This document shows, piece by piece, positions 61,523 through 64,000 of a DNA stretch of 64,000 nucleotides (the stretch's first letter is position 1; each line of letters starts with the position of its first letter). Where the stretch lies: contig CAZOAZ010000023.1 of the NCBI GenBank assembly GCA_964577955.1, forward strand, positions 8,005-72,004. Direction: 5' to 3'. The translations under genes were made by a program, and so were the position numbers. The stretch comes from an uncultured Bifidobacterium sp. (GTDB lineage Bacteria > Acidobacteriota > Vicinamibacteria > Vicinamibacterales > CAVVIG01). Under the pieces are notes generated by a model. That model saw nothing but the letters and a program-made list of their open reading frames with translations. It made no database searches and was not told the DNA's origin.

Positions 61523-62104
61523 CTATTTGCGCAGCGTCACCAGGCGCTCGTGGGTAATCCCCAGCGCGACGAGGCGTTCGACGATCGGCGCCGCCTTGCC
61601 GAGCGTCGCGACGATCAGGAGGTCGAAGCTGACCTCGTGGTGGGTTTCGATTGGCCGGACGTCCTGGCCGAGAAAGCGCCGCGCGTCGGCGCCGTCGAAG
61701 ACCGCGACGAGTTCAAGGCCCAGTTCGGCGATGGAGAGGTAGGCCAGTTCGGCCGCTTCACCGGTGCCGTAGACGGCGATGCGGCGGCGGTTGCCGAGCA
61801 CGGCGGTTTCGAGCACCTGGCGCAGATGCGACCGCACCTGCCCGTACAGGAAGAGCGAGTACTCCATGAACTCGTAGGTCAGCCGCGTCTTCTCGGCAAT
61901 CCCCTTGGGCGTCAGGAGATAGCGCAGCCGGTTGGACTGCACGTTGACGCACTTCACGTAGCCCTTCCGGACCAGCCGCTTGAGATAGATGTTGGTCAGG
62001 CCGAGCGCGATGCCGAGCTGACTCGACAGCGTGCGCTGCGTGATCTGGCCGTCGGCGGCAATCGCCTCGAGGGCCTGCAGATTACGGCGCGCTTCGGTAT
62101 CCAT
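61523..62104 (-). CDS. MarR-type, EPS-locus-associated winged-helix regulator with a C-terminal Rossmann-like extension
   Basis: ITQRTLSSQLGIALGLTNIYLKRLVRKGYVKCVNVQSNRLRYLLTPKGIAEKTRLTYEFM matches the EPS-associated MarR pattern. The extra ~95 aa read RRIAVYGTGEAAELAYLSI..LLIVAT. It is the first gene of the long operon. Confidence 0.7.
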   Translation of the reverse strand: MDTEARRNLQALEAIAADGQITQRTLSSQLGIALGLTNIYLKRLVRKGYVKCVNVQSNRLRYLLTPKGIAEKTRLTYEFMEYSLFLYGQVRSHLRQVLETAVLGNRRRIAVYGTGEAAELAYLSIAELGLELVAVFDGADARRFLGQDVRPIETHHEVSFDLLIVATLGKAAPIVERLVALGITHERLVTLRK

Positions 62105-62418
62105 GGCGTCGGGAGTCGAGCCGGGCAGAACTCATGAGACTCATCGGGCTCATGGACGGCCGGCGACGGACAGCGTGGGGCGTGTTGGGAGACGCCCGGA
62201 AGGGGTCGGTGAGGGGCTAATCGCGATCGGCGTACAGGCTTTCGCCCTCTCGGTCACAGACCGCGGGAGGACGAGGCGAATTCTCCTGACGGATCGAAGG
62301 AGGGCCGGAAATCACTGCGGTAATGCGCTCGCGTGGCCCACCGCGTTCAAAAACTGAACGGGTGATGGTCGCCTAGTTTTTCTCCTCTGTCAAGCGGGTT
62401 CTCCCGACGGTTCCGGCG
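62105..62418. promoter_or_regulatory. 314-nt leader/promoter region upstream of the regulator and the 45-kb operon
   Basis: This is the largest non-coding stretch in the window. On the minus strand there is a TTGACA (62393-62388), a 17-nt spacer, then GACCAT (weak -10). ATGAG occurs three times at 9-nt spacing (complement of ctcat at 62131, 62140, 62149), 27-50 nt upstream of the start codon. A palindrome ctcatgag lies at 62131-62138. Confidence 0.4.
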
Positions 62419-63648
62419 TCAGACAGCGGCCGACGCGCGCCGGGCGAGCAGCATGCGATAGAGCTCACCGTACCGCGCAATTCCCTTGGCCACGTCGAAG
62501 CGCATTTCGGCCGCCGCCCGGCAACGACCGGCCATTCCCACGTCGTCCAGCATCGTCTGCACGGCGTCGAACGACCCGTCCATGGAGACATCGTCGAGCG
62601 CATCGAGGACGACGCCGACGTGGTCCGAGCGGACGATCGATCCGGAATCACCAACGCCGTCGTTGATCACGACCGGCACGCCGCAGCCGAGAAATTCGGC
62701 CAGCTTCGTCGCCGCGGACCCGCGCTTCGAGAGCGCCGGCCGGATGAAGAACACGCCGGCGTCGAAGAGCGCGGTCAGCGCCGGCATCTCGTCGAAGCCG
62801 GCCTTCGTGAGGACCAGGCGATCGGCAGGAACGCCCGCGGCCACCGCATCACGCCGAAGCGCGTCGTGGTCCTCGCGCGTCACAAACAGGACCCGCACGT
62901 CCGCCCGCGCGGCGGCGAACCGGCCCAGATACGTCAGCGTCTCCCGCCGCAAATACCAGTTGCTGATGGTTCCGGTCGACCCGACCACGACGGCGCCTTC
63001 GAGCCCGAACTGCCGAAGCAGCTGCGCGTCTTTCGGCCGCGGCGCGAAGCGCTGCAGATCGACGCAGGTCGGAATCACCGCAACCGGCACCGACGGAGCA
63101 ATCACGTAACCGAGGCTGGCAAAGGTGTCCACGCCGGCCTGGGTCAGCGACACGATGGCGTCAGCTTCGCGAAAGAAGCGCCGCTCCCACCATTTGCCGA
63201 CGCGATAGAGCCAGCCGCCGGCCGGCCAGTGTCCGGCCTCGACCTTCTCGTCAACCCAGAATCCGCGCATGTCGAAGAGAAACATGGCACCGCTGACGCC
63301 GCGGGCGCCAAGGGCGATCAACGAGGAGACATAGCTGCGCGCGTGAATCACGCCGACGTTGTGTTCGCGACACAACGCCCGAGCGCGGCGGATGCCGCTC
63401 ACCACGTCCAGCAATGTCGAGAGCACCGGCGGCCGCTTGCGATACGTCAGCGGCGTCCAGGCGATCCGCGAATGCGTCAGGCGGGCGCGCATCGCGTCGA
63501 CGCGGGCGCGATCGGTCAGGTCGTGCGGCTTTTCAAACGAGAGGAGCGCGATCTCGTACGAGCGGGCGAGACCCTCGAGGTAGGTGACGACCTGCGATTC
63601 CCCGAGCGGCTCGAGCACGCCGTCGTACGTGATGTAAAGAATCGCCAT
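62419..63648 (-). CDS. Glycosyltransferase family 4
   Basis: 409 aa. The opening MAILYITYDGVLEPLGESQVVTYL is typical of EPS-locus GT4 enzymes. C-terminal motif SAATKLAEFLGCGVPVVINDGVGD. Confidence 0.8.
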   Translation of the reverse strand: MAILYITYDGVLEPLGESQVVTYLEGLARSYEIALLSFEKPHDLTDRARVDAMRARLTHSRIAWTPLTYRKRPPVLSTLLDVVSGIRRARALCREHNVGVIHARSYVSSLIALGARGVSGAMFLFDMRGFWVDEKVEAGHWPAGGWLYRVGKWWERRFFREADAIVSLTQAGVDTFASLGYVIAPSVPVAVIPTCVDLQRFAPRPKDAQLLRQFGLEGAVVVGSTGTISNWYLRRETLTYLGRFAAARADVRVLFVTREDHDALRRDAVAAGVPADRLVLTKAGFDEMPALTALFDAGVFFIRPALSKRGSAATKLAEFLGCGVPVVINDGVGDSGSIVRSDHVGVVLDALDDVSMDGSFDAVQTMLDDVGMAGRCRAAAEMRFDVAKGIARYGELYRMLLARRASAAV

Positions 63649-63743
63649 CTCGGGTCAGCCTGGTGCCAGACAGGAGCCAGCTCGGTGCCAGGTTGCAAGC
63701 TGGCCCCGGGTAGGACGCGATGTAGGTGCGAGTCCGACGGGCG

Positions 63744-64000
63744 TCAGACCTCAGCCGACGCCGGCGCCAGCACCCGACCCGACAGCCTGATGATGTTCGG
63801 CGCGCTGAAATGCTTCAGGGCATGCCGGGTGTCGACGATCGGCAATCCGCTGCCGACAATCGGCTTCCAGTCGAAGCTCGAATGGTCGGTGCAGATGACC
63901 AGGCAATCGGCGCCGCGCGCGAGCACGTCGGACGGCTCGACCTGATCGTACGTGCGCCCGCCATGCGTGATCGACGGCACGTACGGATCGCTGTACGACA
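63744..64000 (-). CDS. 3' end of a nucleotide-sugar dehydrogenase (UDP-glucose/GDP-mannose dehydrogenase family), truncated by the window edge
   Basis: The reading frame is open to base 64000 (..SYSDPYVPSITHGGRTYDQVEPSDVLARGADCLVICTDHSSFDW..). This is the typical C-terminal domain pattern (DPY..., ..aDavvi.t.H..f). Confidence 0.6.
   Translation of the reverse strand, partial: SYSDPYVPSITHGGRTYDQVEPSDVLARGADCLVICTDHSSFDWKPIVGSGLPIVDTRHALKHFSAPNIIRLSGRVLAPASAEV

Noticed and set aside
62082-62153. A 23-codon ORF (MSPMSLMSSARLDSRRHGYRSAP) acting as a regulatory leader peptide and overlapping the regulator start.
   Set aside because: It has no ribosome-binding site, mixed third-position GC and no conservation evidence available. 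I retain it only as a note within the leader-region finding.
62365-62393. A sigma-70 promoter (TTGACA, 17-nt spacer, GACCAT) for the super-operon.
   Set aside because: The -35 is perfect, but the -10 matches only at the A2 and T6 positions, and the site lies immediately after the upstream gene's stop. It is mentioned as a weak candidate, not called as a promoter.

Overview
This 64-kb high-GC bacterial chromosomal segment is, end to end, one cell-surface glycan biosynthesis locus. I saw no rRNA, tRNA, CRISPR array, transposase or integrase. I call about 56 protein genes. All but one are on the minus strand; the exception is a NodU/CmcH-type carbamoyltransferase at 15130-16896 (+). Most gene junctions are 4-nt ATGA/GTGA stop-start overlaps. 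The apparent transcriptional organisation has three parts: (i) a ~45-kb, 41-gene minus-strand unit running from a MarR(EPS)-type regulator (start 62104) to a radical SAM gene (stop 17143); (ii) the lone plus-strand gene; (iii) a second minus-strand unit from 15044 to the left edge. A complete CMP-pseudaminic acid pathway lies at 35.9-44.5 kb (pseB, pseC, a pseH-like GNAT fused to a formyltransferase-like domain, pseG, pseI, pseF), interrupted by a B12-binding radical SAM gene and a PIG-L deacetylase. Next to it are a second, truncated NeuB-like synthase and a second cytidylyltransferase-like gene, flanked by two domain-less orphans of 415 and 420 aa. Tailoring genes include three B12-binding radical SAM enzymes in total, a FabH-like enzyme whose catalytic Cys is Ser next to an ACP, two AsnB-type amidotransferases, a PhyH-type dioxygenase, four SAM methyltransferases, an MBOAT/AlgX-like O-acetylation pair, an SGNH hydrolase and CDP-hexose genes (rfbF, rfbG-like, an SDR). 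Assembly genes include 13 Leloir-type glycosyltransferases (GT2/GT4/GT9, two of them polyprenyl-phosphate-sugar-synthase-like), five large polytopic GT-C/Wzy-like membrane proteins, a Wzx-like flippase and an MsbA/PglK-like ABC exporter. No initiating phosphoglycosyltransferase, Wzz/Wzc or Wza/OPX gene is recognisable inside the window. The most interesting reading is a previously undescribed, heavily tailored nonulosonic-acid glycan system combining B12/radical-SAM chemistry, acyl-ACP transfer, N-deacetylation and re-acylation or formylation, amidation, carbamoylation and hydroxylation. All calls come from reading the supplied ORF translations and the DNA by eye; no database search or program was run, so family names are motif-level recognitions and start codons are approximate.
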